Shown: piece by piece, positions 26,741 to 40,544 of the stretch
Numbering within the stretch: the first letter of the stretch is position 1
How the letters are laid out: each line of letters starts with the position of its first letter
Source: Octopus vulgaris
Taxonomy: Eukaryota
Length of the DNA stretch: 64,000 bases
NCBI GenBank assembly: GCA_951406725.2
Contig: OX597819.1
Location: 98,890,001-98,954,000, forward strand
Direction: 5' to 3'
Position numbers and translations under genes: made by a program
The notes under the pieces: generated by a model
Told to the model about the DNA's origin: nothing
What the model saw: only the letters and a program-made list of their open reading frames with translations
The model's database searches: none

Positions 26741-28493
26741 CCTCACTGGGTACCAGACATTTGTCTGCCTGCAGTCGCGCTAAGTGACTCACTTAGCTGT
26801 GAGAATTGTTGTTTGGTGGGCGTGTCTCGCCACCTAAATTTGTGAAAATTTTATGAAATTTTCTACCAATTCGTGGAGGATTTTTCTGTGTTCCTGCTTC
26901 TGAACCTGGAGTACCTGATTAGAGTACCAATTTGTTGAAAACATGTTGGCCAAGATTACCAGAGGCCGGAAGTGTATTTGCCGTGATTTTAACTGTCTTC
27001 TTCCCTTCTTTTTCTCTGCGCTGTCTTTCTGCTCTTTTATTTATTTTTGACTGTGCTAGACTGTTTATTTTGAACTATTTAATTTTCTTTTTCTGCAAAC
27101 ATGGCAAAAAAAATTGCTTTGGATTGGGAAATTGTGCCTTCAAGGCAGTGGTTGGAAAATTTCAATGAGAGAACCGTGGCCTTGAGAAATTATTGTAAGT
27201 CTCTCGACACCATTACTGTATTCTCTCGAATTGATTTTAAAAATGCGTTGGCAGAATATCTGCTAACTATTAAGTTTATTGCAAGGGGTGTCAAGTATGC
27301 AACTGTGTGGTTGCTATTTGACACCCCTGAGGAGGATCGCAATTTTGCGAGCCAGCCCTTAAAAGGGAAAAAAATTCTGTTTCTTCCCACATATGGTGGG
27401 TAGAAATAAACAAGAGCTTGGGTCTATGGGCTGCCAACCGGAATAAAACCCGAGTGGATAGAAGACACTATCCGCCTGGGTCTGGGTGGCAACGAAGCGA
27501 AGCTCATTAATGTTGAAGTGTTGCCTGCTGCTGATTCGGTGGGGTCGAAAGCAGTTTTGACCCTGTGAACCCAATCAGCCAATGATCTGGTTTTTCCAGA
27601 TTTTTTGAGGATGGCCGGTTCTAGGTATCCGGTGATTCTTGAGGGACGTCCCCCCCCCCAAGTGTCACCTGTGCCTGGAACCGGGCCACATTAAGAACTG
27701 CCTTCAGGACCAAGGTAAGGTCCTGGAGCAGTTAATAAAAGTAGTGCCCCCCGCTCCCCCTTCAGAGGGAGAGATGGAGGCAGTCGAGGAAGTGAAGACC
27801 TCCTCGAAAAAAGGTAAAATAGAAAGAAGGTGGGCAACCATTGTTGCCCACCAATGGATCCTGAGGCGACGGGACAAAACGAAAGCACTCCACCCTCCCG
27901 TCATAAAGGAGAAAAGAAGAAAAAAGTAAAACGGGGTATTGCCGGCGGTTGCTAGTACACTGCCGACATGTCCCGAGGTCCCTTCGGTAGGGAATTGTGC
28001 CAACGGAGGGGGGATTTGAGGACTCTCCCAATGTGGAGGGGGAATTTGTAGTCCTGTTTCACAAGGGAGGGGAAATAAAAGAAATGATCAAAAAGTTTAA
28101 TAAAAAAGGTCGGAGGGAAGGGATTATTACCTGTACCAAGGACTCTGATTGGCCTCCGAAGGTAGCTGCGGAGGTCGTGTGGTAAAAAAACTTGTTTGAG
28201 GGATTCCTTCCCTGAGGACACATTCCGCTTTATGCTGAAGTACCCCGAACTAGCACCATCGAGGTGCTTGAGTGAGGCATTGAGACTGGTCGGGTGACGG
28301 TGGGGCGTAAAATTTAAGAGGCTTAGTGCCTCGTATTGTGCATCAAAATTAAGGTCAGAGGTTTAATGCCTCGGTTTGTTGTTTTTTTGAGTTTATTGTT
28401 AGTAAGAGGCTCAGCGCCTCAATTTATAATGAACTGTGGGGCTAAAGTAAGAGGTTTAATACCTCGTATTGTTTTCATGGTGTAAAAAAAAAA
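26741..28493 (+). mobile_element. ORF1-only (half-L1/Tx1-like) non-autonomous retroelement
   Basis: About 360-bp 5'UTR, a single disrupted ORF1-like frame, four hairpin repeats, then A11. No endonuclease or RT. The 5' boundary is approximate. Confidence 0.7.
27101..28297 (+). pseudogene. Disrupted L1/Tx1-type ORF1 (RRM-like region plus CCHC zinc knuckle)
   Basis: MAKKIALDW...LFLPTYGG*K*TRAWVYGLPTGIKPEWIE...YPVILEGRPP/KCHLCLEPGHIKNC, then a low-complexity basic region. In-frame stops and frameshifts. Confidence 0.75.
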
Positions 28494-29139
28494 GAGAAGT
28501 AAAAGATCGACGGGTGTCTTGTCTTTTCCCATCAATATCATCATTTTCATCACTCATCAATGTTTTTGTCCTGCTCGCAAGATACTCCCTCTGTGCTATG
28601 CCTTTATGGCAAAATTTTGAAATAAACTACCTTGCTTACCAACCACATGGTTCCGTGTTCAATCCCACCGTGTGGCACCTTGGGCAAGTGTCTTGTACTA
28701 TAGCCTCGGGCCGACCAAAACTTTGTAAGTTGATTTGGCAGACGGAAACTGAAAGAAGCCCGTCATATATATGTGTGTGTATCTGTGTGTTTGTGTGTCT
28801 GTGTTGGTCCCTAGCCATCGCTTGACAACCGATGTTGGTGTGTTTATGTCCCCGCAACTTAGCAGTTTGGTAAAAGAGACCGATAGGATAAGTACTAGGC
28901 TTTCAAAGAATAAGCCCTGGGCTCGATTTGCTCGACTAAAGGAGGTGCTGCAGCGCTGAAACAAATAAAAGAATAAATGAATATGTATATATTTGGCATA
29001 CGTAAGCACATTTGTAAAATCTTGGTATATACCTATGTGTACTTGTAATATACATGTACAGGCTTTTTACTGTGGACGTGTACAAACGTATGCATGAGTG
29101 TGTATGAGTGCATTGAACTACAAATATGGTTGCATGTAT

Positions 29140-29345
29140 AAACAACACTGGTTTTGTAAGTAAATGTCACAATTTGGATAAGCTGAGGTGTTTAGAAAAA
29201 GAAATCAAACAGCTAGCTCGCATATTACAAATACAGTCTGTAAGTGGGACAGTAAAAATATGCAAGGATTTTCTAAAATTTAAAATGATACTTTTTTTTA
29301 TCTACATTCCAACAACAAAGCTTTCTAGGAACCTCGGAGGAACAA
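29140..29345 (+). mobile_element. 3' end of a second RLE-type non-LTR family
   Basis: [42 protein letters not shown]. Complements the minus-strand fragment at 32910-33050. Confidence 0.55.
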
Positions 29346-29407
29346 TTCGACTAATTAAAGATAGAAGAGAACGCGCGCGTACACACACGTATACATACAT
29401 GCATGCA

Positions 29408-29440
<33 letters not shown>

Positions 29441-29464
29441 GCGCACACATTACATACACACATA

Positions 29465-30998
<1,534 letters not shown>

Positions 30999-31000
<2 letters not shown>

Positions 31001-31414
31001 TCTTTACTCTTTACTCTTTTACTTGTTTCAGTCATTTTGACTGCGGCCATGCTGGAGAACCGCCTTTAATAGAGCAACTCTACCCCGGGACTTATTCTTT
31101 TGTAAGCCCAGTACTTATTCTATCGGTCTCTTTTGCCGAACCGCTAAGTAACGGGGACATAAATACACCAGCATCAGTTGTCAAGCAATGCTAGGGGGAC
31201 AAACACAGACACACAAACATAGACACGCATATATATATATATATACATATATACGACGGGCTTCTTTCAGTTTCCGTCTTCCAAATCCACTCACAAGGCT
31301 TTGGTCGGCCCGAGGCTATAGTAGAAGACACTTGCTCAAGATGCCACGCAGTGGGACTGAACCCGGAACCATGTGGTTGGTAAACAAGCTACTTACCACA
31401 CAGCCACGCCTGCG

Positions 31415-31416
<2 letters not shown>
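30999..31416 (-). mobile_element. SINE family A, full length
   Basis: Reverse complement of the family pattern, with an (AAAGAGT)n tail. Confidence 0.9.
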
Positions 31417-31467
<51 letters not shown>

Positions 31468-32189
31468 ATATATGTATATATATATATATGTGTGTGTGTG
31501 TGTTTACATGCGTTAATCCTTTTCATTTATGTCACTTCTTTAATGATTGTGTGAAAATTTCTCGCTTGCTCTACTTTTAATTTTTTATGTTAACCTATGA
31601 AGAAGATATTGCAAGGCAGAAGTATAAACCACCTCCATCGACCAACATGAGAAAGTGACTTGCTATTGAATAAATTGAACACGATCTTATAATACATCCA
31701 GTGCTATACACAGCTGAAAGCAGTCACGACTTTTCATCATTGATTGAAATTGCCCAAGGATTCGTTAATTAATGCATTTTTGTTTTTCAGTGCATAATTT
31801 TAATAAGTTCTCTCTATTTCAAGTCTAACAAATAAACAAACTATGACAGGACTCACTCCATATCTAACAAACAACAAACTGTTTGTGAAGGCTCGTTTCA
31901 CGTCTAACAAACAAGAATGCCTACTGTAATGTGTGTGAGTTCTCGCTCTTTGATATCTTTAACTGTTTCTTTCCTAAATAACGTCTAATGACCGCTTTCA
32001 ATATTTCTCACACACACAGAATGCCACACTTATGATAGTTATACATAACGAATATAAAACACAAACAACCACATAAATACAGATGCTATACACACACACA
32101 CACACGCACAATCACTCACCCACGCGTTAACACATTCGTTATAAAAAAATCGGTGATGAAAAAGATATAACTCGAAGACAATAGTGTTT

Positions 32190-32590
32190 TCTCTTCACGT
32201 TAAGATTTGTGTATGTAGGGTTTCCTTATATTAACTGGTAAGTATTTTCCACAAACACATAACTGCAGGAAAATTTTCGCTGTGTATAATTTGAAGGTCT
32301 CCTTTAGCTGCCCATCTACCATAAAGTAAGTTTGAGTAAATTGGCCCAAACAAAACACAGAAACGGGCTGTTCATGCTGAATTATCACTACATGCTCACT
32401 AAGCGAGCAATGTAAGAATAAGCTGTTAGATATGAGAAGGGTTAACGAAGACGAGGCAAGTACAGAGCTATGTGAGCGCAACTGAAGGATCCATTAAGGC
32501 TGGGTTCAGCGACTATAAGTTCTCTTTAAAAAATTCTGAAACACCTAATGTACGACATTGCGAGACATGACTATTGAAAGAAAATGCTGC
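32190..32590 (+). mobile_element. Degraded Penelope-type GIY-YIG endonuclease fragment, duplicate of 30482-30760
   Basis: Clear match by eye to 30482-30760; YVSATEGSIKAGFSDYKFS. Confidence 0.6.
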
Positions 32591-32689
32591 ACAATAAAAA
32601 CACAAACTGACGATTACAGGGTTAAGAGCAAACATTATCGTAACAGCAATAAAATGAACAGAAATAATTTAGCAGAAAAAAGAATTTTA

Positions 32690-32885
32690 TAGTTCTATAT
32701 TTAAGACATGAGGAATTATGTACATTATTTACATTATTTACATTATTTAGATTTGACAGATATTTGTCCTCATCTTGTTTGTTGTTAACACAACGTTTCG
32801 GCTGATAAACCCTCCAGCCTTCTTCAGGTGTCTTGGGGAAATTTCGAAACTGGATTCTCATTCCTAAGGTATTTTTTGATGTTTT
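32690..32885 (-). mobile_element. Penelope-like terminal repeat fragment
   Basis: Contains the canonical minimal hammerhead at 32787-32832. Confidence 0.7.
32787..32832 (-). ncRNA. Minimal type I hammerhead ribozyme
   Basis: GACAC-CUGAAGA-A-GGCUG(GAGGGUUUAU)CAGCC-GAAAC GU-U-GUGUU: intact core, 5-bp stems I and II, palindromic loopless stem III. Confidence 0.8.
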
Positions 32886-32909
32886 TATTATTATTATTAT
32901 TATTATTGT

Positions 32910-33050
32910 CAGCTTTTCGAGATTGAGACATAAACATTTAGTGCCATAGCCAGATGCACCAATAATTATTGAGCTCACTGTGAATTCGTAGTGAGGATAG
33001 AGAAGCTGCATTTCTGAAAGCAGCTGTTCGTAAATATTAGTTTTTAAAGT
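32910..33050 (-). mobile_element. RLE endonuclease C-terminal fragment
   Basis: QLLYPHYEFTVSSIIIGASGYGTKCLCLNLEKL, ending at (AAT)n. Confidence 0.55.
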
Positions 33051-33592
33051 TGCTGGGAAAATATGTTTATAGGTTTAGTGTAGTGTTAGAATTTTTAAAT
33101 AATTATTGACCAGTAACAACATCTGGTAGACTGTGTGTTGCATTCACAGTAACCACATTAATATTTACATTTCCACACATTCAAACAAAACAATCTGGCA
33201 GACTTGCATTCGCATATTTATAATAGAACATTCAAGTGGTACATAATGGAATAAGCATATGTTTTCATTGCATATTAAACTATAATACGAAGTGCCGTTC
33301 ATAATTATTGGTGAGCAAATTAAGTAGAAGTAATTTGAATGCCCTACCAACAAGCTGATAGACTCTCAGATCATTGTTGACAAAACAAGTAGGGAAAATG
33401 AGAACACCTATGATAGTGTGCAGTTCCACAGGTCGTTCCGTGTTGTGCCTCGGGTTTTTCTGTAAGGGAACATAGAAGAGGGTAAGAGACCATTTCATAG
33501 AGTAGAGTGACATGGTTCCATGTGGAATACTGGATAGCTCTACATGGGGTTCAGTTCGCTAGCTTTTTATAACTCAGCTGAAATGTTTCTAG

Positions 33593-33990
33593 GAGGCGCG
33601 TGGCAGGGTGGCAAGAGGCTTGCTTCCAAACCACATAGTTTCTAGTTCAGTCCTACTGCGTGGCACCTTGGGCAAGTGTATTCTACCAGAGCCTCGAACC
33701 GACCAAGTTTGTGGGCAGATTTGGTAGACGTAAACTTAAAGAAGCCCGTCGTATGGGTGTGTGTGTATGTGTATTTATGCTTGTTTGTCCCCCTCCACCG
33801 CTTGAAAACCAGTGTTGGTGTGTTTACGTCCCTAAAACTTAGCGGCTCGGCCAAAATAGGCCGATAGAATAAGTACCAAGCATTTAAAAAAAATCCTACG
33901 GTCGATTTGCTCAGCTAAAACCCTTCAAGGCGGTGCACAAGCATGGCCGCAGTCAAATGACTGAAACAAATAAAAGATAAAAGATAAAGA
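33593..33990 (+). mobile_element. SINE family A, older copy
   Basis: Full family pattern with an (AAAGAT)n tail. Confidence 0.85.
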
Positions 33991-33992
33991 TA

Positions 33993-34157
33993 GGCGTAGG
34001 AGTGGCTGTGTGGTAAGTAGCTTGCTTACGAACCACATAGTTCCAGGTTCAGTCCCACTGCGTGACACCTTGGGCAAATGTCTTCTACTATAGCCTCGGG
34101 CCAACCAAAGCCTTGTGAATGGATTTGGTAGTCGGAAACTGAAAGAAGCCCGTCGTA

Positions 34158-34234
<77 letters not shown>

Positions 34235-34450
34235 ATGTTTGTGTGTCTGTATTTGTCCCCCCAACATCGTTTGACAACCGATGCTGGTGTATTTACGTCC
34301 CCGTAACTTAGCGGTTCGGCAAAAGACACCGATAGAATAAGTACTAGGCTTACAAAGAATAAGTCCTGGGGTCGATTTGCTCGTTCTAAAACCGTTGCTC
34401 CAGCATGGCCACAGTCACATGACTGAAAAAAGTAAAAGAGTAAAGAGTAT
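33993..34450 (+). mobile_element. SINE family A, tandem copy inserted at the tail of the previous one
   Basis: ggcgtaggagtggctgtgtgg...gactgaaa..(aagagta)n. Confidence 0.9.
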
Positions 34451-34469
34451 ACTATATAGCGAAAAGATT

Positions 34470-34830
34470 ACCCACGAGTCACTTTGATTAATCGAACCAT
34501 ATTTGTATGGCCTTGGATGCCTTTTATGGCAATGGAATTTTTCATAAGTGGCTGTAACTGTTATAGTAGTATAGTACGCAATGGTTGAGAGCTGGGTAAT
34601 CTCGCCCTGATGGTTCACAATTTCAGGAAAGGTTGCTTCTATGACTTTACATAAGTTTTTCATTAGACTTAAAGGTGTGATTCGAAACAGAGGTGGTCAT
34701 ATCGAATAAATGTAGTGTCATGAATGTGTTTCCTTTACCATTGCATTGCAACGCTCGGGTCCCAAATATAACAATATTTTGTTTTGGCAAAGTTGACAAA
34801 AGTTGGTTGCCTTAATTTTGGGACACCCTG
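34470..34830 (+). mobile_element. Tc1/mariner 3' remnant with right TIR
   Basis: FFIRLKGVIRNRGGHIE* C-terminus, then ...ttttgggacaccctg|TA. Confidence 0.6.
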
Positions 34831-34863
34831 TATACATGCACACACACAACACACACACACGCA

Positions 34864-34937
<74 letters not shown>

Positions 34938-35199
34938 TGAAAAAGGATCAAAAGCCATTCCCTAGCCATAGGCCGGTTCCCCGGATTTTGTGAGAATGTA
35001 TTTATCTCCCCATCGGCTCTGACGAGACATAAATTCCTCACTCATTTTTGCCAACCGAATGGAATAGAGCAAGGTGAAAGAAGTGTTTTGATCAAGAAGA
35101 CAACGCGATGCTCATTTCAGGAATCGAAATCACAATCTTATGATCATGAGTGCAACAGTATAACAATTAAGCCACTAACAATCTCCGCATGCACGCACG

Positions 35200-35285
<86 letters not shown>

Positions 35286-35544
35286 TGCACGCACGCACAC
35301 ATACATGCACGCACGCACACACACACGCACAAACACACATACACACATACGCACAAACAGACACACGCAGTCACATATATAATATAAGTAATCACCTGAA
35401 GAAAAACAGCTACATCGACGGATACTCCTAAATCAGTTAGTTATCGCATCGCACTCACGAGGGTTCAATGCTAGATGGGTCGAAACAATTTTAGTGATTA
35501 ATAAATATTCTGGTATCTTCCATCTTCTGTATGTATGTATGTAT

Positions 35545-35684
35545 GTATGCATAGCCACAGGCGTAGCTGAGTTCCGAGTTCAGTCCCACTGCATAACACC
35601 TTGAGCGAGTGTCTTCTACTATAGTTTCGGGCCGACCAGGCCTTGTGAGTGGATTGAGTAGAGGGAAACTGAAAGAAGCCCGTC

Positions 35685-35690
<6 letters not shown>
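35545..35690 (+). mobile_element. SINE family A, 5' half
   Basis: gttcagtcccactgc...ggaaactgaaagaagcccgtc. Confidence 0.8.
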
Positions 35691-35725
<35 letters not shown>

Positions 35726-35732
35726 TGTGTAT

Positions 35733-35793
<61 letters not shown>

Positions 35794-36288
35794 CGTATAA
35801 AATAAAAAGTGTGAGTTTGTTCATAAATTATTTAGCTGCGTCATTTCATACATATTCTTAATGAAATGTCTACGATGACGTAACTAAATATTTTATGAAC
35901 AGACTCTCCTATTTTTCTCTATACACTTCGTGATCTTTCTGTCTATGGAAACTAGTGACAGGAAAATTGGAAACTTGGAAAATAATACAATAATTTTTCG
36001 CCTTTGGTGTAAAGAAATGCTGCATGGAATTCTAAATAGTAGTTATGTGTCATGCAATTTAAATTTAAATCGTACTATAAATATATATATAATAATCATT
36101 TTTAAATCATAGTGCAGTCAGTTAATAAATTCTTACAGATTTTTTTGCCTACGTTACATTTCGGCCAATTGCTAGTGTCCATATTTGCACCTTTAAAGTG
36201 TATTATGATGTTATAAAACAATGGCCTCTTCTGGGCATATTAGCTGCTACTTTTCACTTCTCTGGAATATCGAATTTATTCTGACTGA

Positions 36289-36351
<63 letters not shown>

Positions 36352-37196
36352 GAAAAGAGTTACTAATAGTTTCATGAAATACAATAATTCGGCAGATTTA
36401 CACAACCTGCCATGTGTTTCAAGCAATCCTTCAGACTCAGTTCATACCATTAGTCCTATTTGAAAACAAGGGCTCTGATCTACGACAAATCCTTCGGAAA
36501 AACAAAACGAAAAGAAAAATGAGAAGAAAGTTGATGCGAAACTGGACCGAAAAGAAAGGGAAAGAAACTAAGATCTGCGTCCCCTTTGTAGAAATAGCCG
36601 AAATATAGCCGAAGGTGTGTTACTCTAATGGAAAGAGGCAACCAATTTCGTTACAATACATGATCGCAAAACCAAAGCCAGACCAACGAAACACTCAGCA
36701 TATTTAATTGGAGTTTTAAATCTTCAATAGTAAGTTGATTCAACTCGCCATTAATTCAAAGTTTAATCTGATAGGCGCTAAACCGTGTTTACTTATGTAT
36801 GGAGACGGAGTGTACAAATATATAATTGTGGTACGCTGGTGCATATTTGAAACCCACTGTAAACATTCATAAACAAAAGTGTATTAAATAAATAGTAATT
36901 CCACTATAAAGAAGCAGACCAAAAAGAGGAGTATTGTATTGACGATAATAATAACCTTGGAGGGGGATAAATATAGAGTTAATCTCAGCTGATATATTAA
37001 TATCAGAGTGCCATAAATATGTGTTAAGCTATGTCTGCAAAAACTGAAAGTTGTCTGCAGATTATCAACTTGTTTATACTTGCACAGACTGGTAGTTAAC
37101 AGCGCCAGCCTCTGGCTATAGTTGTCTCTAACCTTAATGACAAATATCTACGTCTATGTCTGGTTGACATCGTATGTGTGTCTATATATATATATG

Positions 37197-37587
37197 TGGA
37201 GGTGCAATGGCCCAGTGGTTAGGGCAGCGGACTCGCGGTCGGAGGATCGCGGTTTCGATTCCCAGACCGGGCGTTGTGTGTGTTTATTGAGCGAAAACAC
37301 CTAAAGCTCCACGAGGCTCCGGCAGGGGGTGGTGGCGACCCCTGTTGTACTCTTTCGCCTCAACTTTCTCTCACTCCACTCTTACTTCCTGTTTCTGTTG
37401 TACCTGTATTTCAAGGGGCTGGCCTTGTCACTCTCTGTGTCACGCTGAATATCCCTGAGAACTACGTTAAGGGTGCACGTGTCTGTGGAGTGCTCAGCCA
37501 CTTACACGTTAATTTCACGAGCAGGCTGTTCCAATGATTCGGATCAACAGGAACCCTCATCGTCGTAACCGACGGAGTGTGCTTCCA
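37197..37587 (+). mobile_element. tRNA-derived SINE family C
   Basis: A-box TGGCCCAGTGG and B-box GTTTCGATTCC in a tRNA-like head. Second copy at 59863-60058. Confidence 0.85.
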
Positions 37588-37600
37588 TATATATATATAA

Positions 37601-37644
<44 letters not shown>

Positions 37645-37659
37645 AGAAATATTAAAATT

Positions 37660-37851
37660 ACTAAGTCTCTCTAAAGTAGATTACGGCAGCGTTACTGGAT
37701 ATTAATAGTTATCGCCATACTAATATGGCAGTCTAAATATAAGACTAAAGCTGTCGCTCATATAGCTAGCTAGAGGCGGTGGCCTCTTGGAGCTAATCAG
37801 CGACAGCTTTAGTCTTATATTTAGACTGCCATATTAGTATGGCGATAACTA

Positions 37852-37858
<7 letters not shown>
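37660..37858. mobile_element. Fold-back repeat fragment with about 60-bp inverted arms, between (TA)n arrays
   Basis: tagttatcgccatactaatatggcagtctaaatataagactaaagctgtcgct and its perfect inverse. Same family as 25143-25385, opposite orientation. Confidence 0.8.
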
Positions 37859-37888
<30 letters not shown>

Positions 37889-38006
37889 AGAAAGGGGTTG
37901 AAAATTCAACCCACCATGGGATAACATATATCCAATATACTGCTAGATAGGTACCCAACAAGACTAATACATAGATGTTAAAATTCTCCATTTTCTAATT
38001 TTGTAG

Positions 38007-38084
<78 letters not shown>

Positions 38085-38233
38085 TTATATATATACATAT
38101 ATGTATATATATGTATATATGTATATATGTACATATATGTATATATATGTATGTATATATATATATATATATCTACGTATATATATGTATATCTATTTAT
38201 ATATGTATTTATATATATATATATGTATATACA

Positions 38234-38287
<54 letters not shown>

Positions 38288-38556
38288 GTCTGGCTGTATC
38301 CATACATGTATGTTTGTATGTATGTATATATTTGTATACACACATGTGCACACACACACACACGTAAAAAAAATGGAATAAATATCTAGACGAATACTTA
38401 GTAAGCATTCTGCAGGGTTCAAACTTGGGTAAATAAATTATTCAGTGAAAGCCATTTGTAATCAACGTAGGTCGTAAAATTACTTTCCACTACCAGTCCA
38501 AATTGTAAATCCATAATCCAAACACCGACTATATTTAATAGAAGGCCATAAAGAGT

Positions 38557-39052
<496 letters not shown>

Positions 39053-39291
39053 GCCCATCTACCGTTACACGCACATACATATATATTTGCATGTATGTTG
39101 TATGTATGCATATATTCATACACACATACATACACACATATGGTTAAGAAGCTCGTTTTGCAATTACGTTTAGGGTTTATGGAAACATCACTTCTTGTAC
39201 TTTATGGTAGATAGCTCCCCCTATAGTATATCTCTTGGGATCCTACCACCTCTAATACTATATATCGTACATGGTCCAGTCACCAGCGTCA

Positions 39292-39327
<36 letters not shown>

Positions 39328-39330
<3 letters not shown>

Positions 39331-39940
39331 TTAGGGTTCAGTCCTAATGCGCGGCCACATGGGCAAGAGTTTTCTATCAACCCCCGGGACAACCAATGCC
39401 TTGTGAGTGAATTTCATAGCTAGAAACTGTGTGCGATGCCGTCGCGTAAGTGTGGTTTTAAGGGAATCGTAAAAGACTTAGTTAGAGGCCCCGAACTTTT
39501 GAGTTCTTATACAGGGCTTAGAAAAACTGAAGGACCGCTGCAATAAGTGTTTGAATCTGAGAGGTGTATATGTTGAATAAAATCAGAATTGACTGATCCT
39601 CTGGTATTTTCTTTTACTCAAAGCCAGGAACTTTTCAACAAACCCCGCATATATGTATATGTGTGTGTGTGCGCGAGCGCTGGTGTGATGTGTGTGTATC
39701 TGTGTGTGTGTGTTTGCATGTGTGTGGCTGTGTATTTGTTCGTATTTGTGTTTGTCCCCCACTTGTGCTTCGTATTCAGTGTTTATTTCTGTATCTCCTA
39801 ACAAAGAAATCGATAGAATAAGTTCTAAGCTTTTAAATGTATGTATGGGGTCGAACTGTTCAACTGAAGCCTTCAAAGCGGTGCGTCAGATGGCAACAAT
39901 GAAATGTCTGAAATACGTAAGCGGTAAAAGATGAAAGATA
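39328..39940 (+). mobile_element. Fragmented, old SINE family A
   Basis: Diverged 5' part (39328-39445) and 3' part (39720-39940). Confidence 0.6.
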
Positions 39941-40054
39941 TTTACACGCACCAACACACACATGCGCCCCACAAACACATACACACACACGCCTCTCACC
40001 CCATTTTTTTCCCACTAGTTTCAGCTCGAGAGCTGCGAGTATAAATATATATAT

Positions 40055-40271
40055 CCAGTCATTGGAGTGAAGCCATGTTGGGGCACTACATTGAAGTGTT
40101 TCAGTTGAACAAATCGACCCCAGAACTTACCTATTATACTGAACTGGTAAGTTATGGGGACGCAAACAAAGCAACACCTGTTATAAAGCGGTGGAGTGGG
40201 GTGAACCACAATCACACATACACACACTCACACATACACACACTCACACATACGCACTCACAAATACACAT

Positions 40272-40307
<36 letters not shown>

Positions 40308-40476
40308 TATATTATATTATATTATATTTTGTATATATATATATATAGTTTTCGTCTACTAAATAGCTTGAGTATACGATAGAAGACACTTGCCCAAGGT
40401 GCCACAGAGTGGGACTGAACCCGGAATTGCGTGCTGGTAAAGAAGTTTTTCTTTATCATAGATCCACGCCTGCGCC
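40055..40476 (-). mobile_element. SINE family A, degraded
   Basis: Reverse-complement family motifs. Confidence 0.75.
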
Positions 40477-40544
40477 TATAAATCACACATATTAATATAT
40501 TATGTATTATGTATATGTTTATAAATAAATGTATAAGGCGCAGG

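Larger units (their letters stand above)
26555..28980 (+). mobile_element. SINE family A split by a 2-kb insertion (5' part 26555-26588, remainder 28625-28980)
   Basis: Head ggcgtgggtgtgtggtaactagcttgcttaccaa, resuming as aactaccttgcttaccaaccacatgg. 18-bp duplicated site, 17/18 identical. Confidence 0.85.

Noticed and set aside
28318-28465. CRISPR array (palindromic repeats with 25-33 nt spacers)
   Set aside because: Repeats are only 15 nt and variable, there are no cas genes, and the context is a eukaryotic retroelement 3'UTR next to poly(A). Kept as an RNA hairpin array instead.
37197-37275. tRNA gene
   Set aside because: The tRNA-like head continues into a SINE body and has a second copy at 59863.
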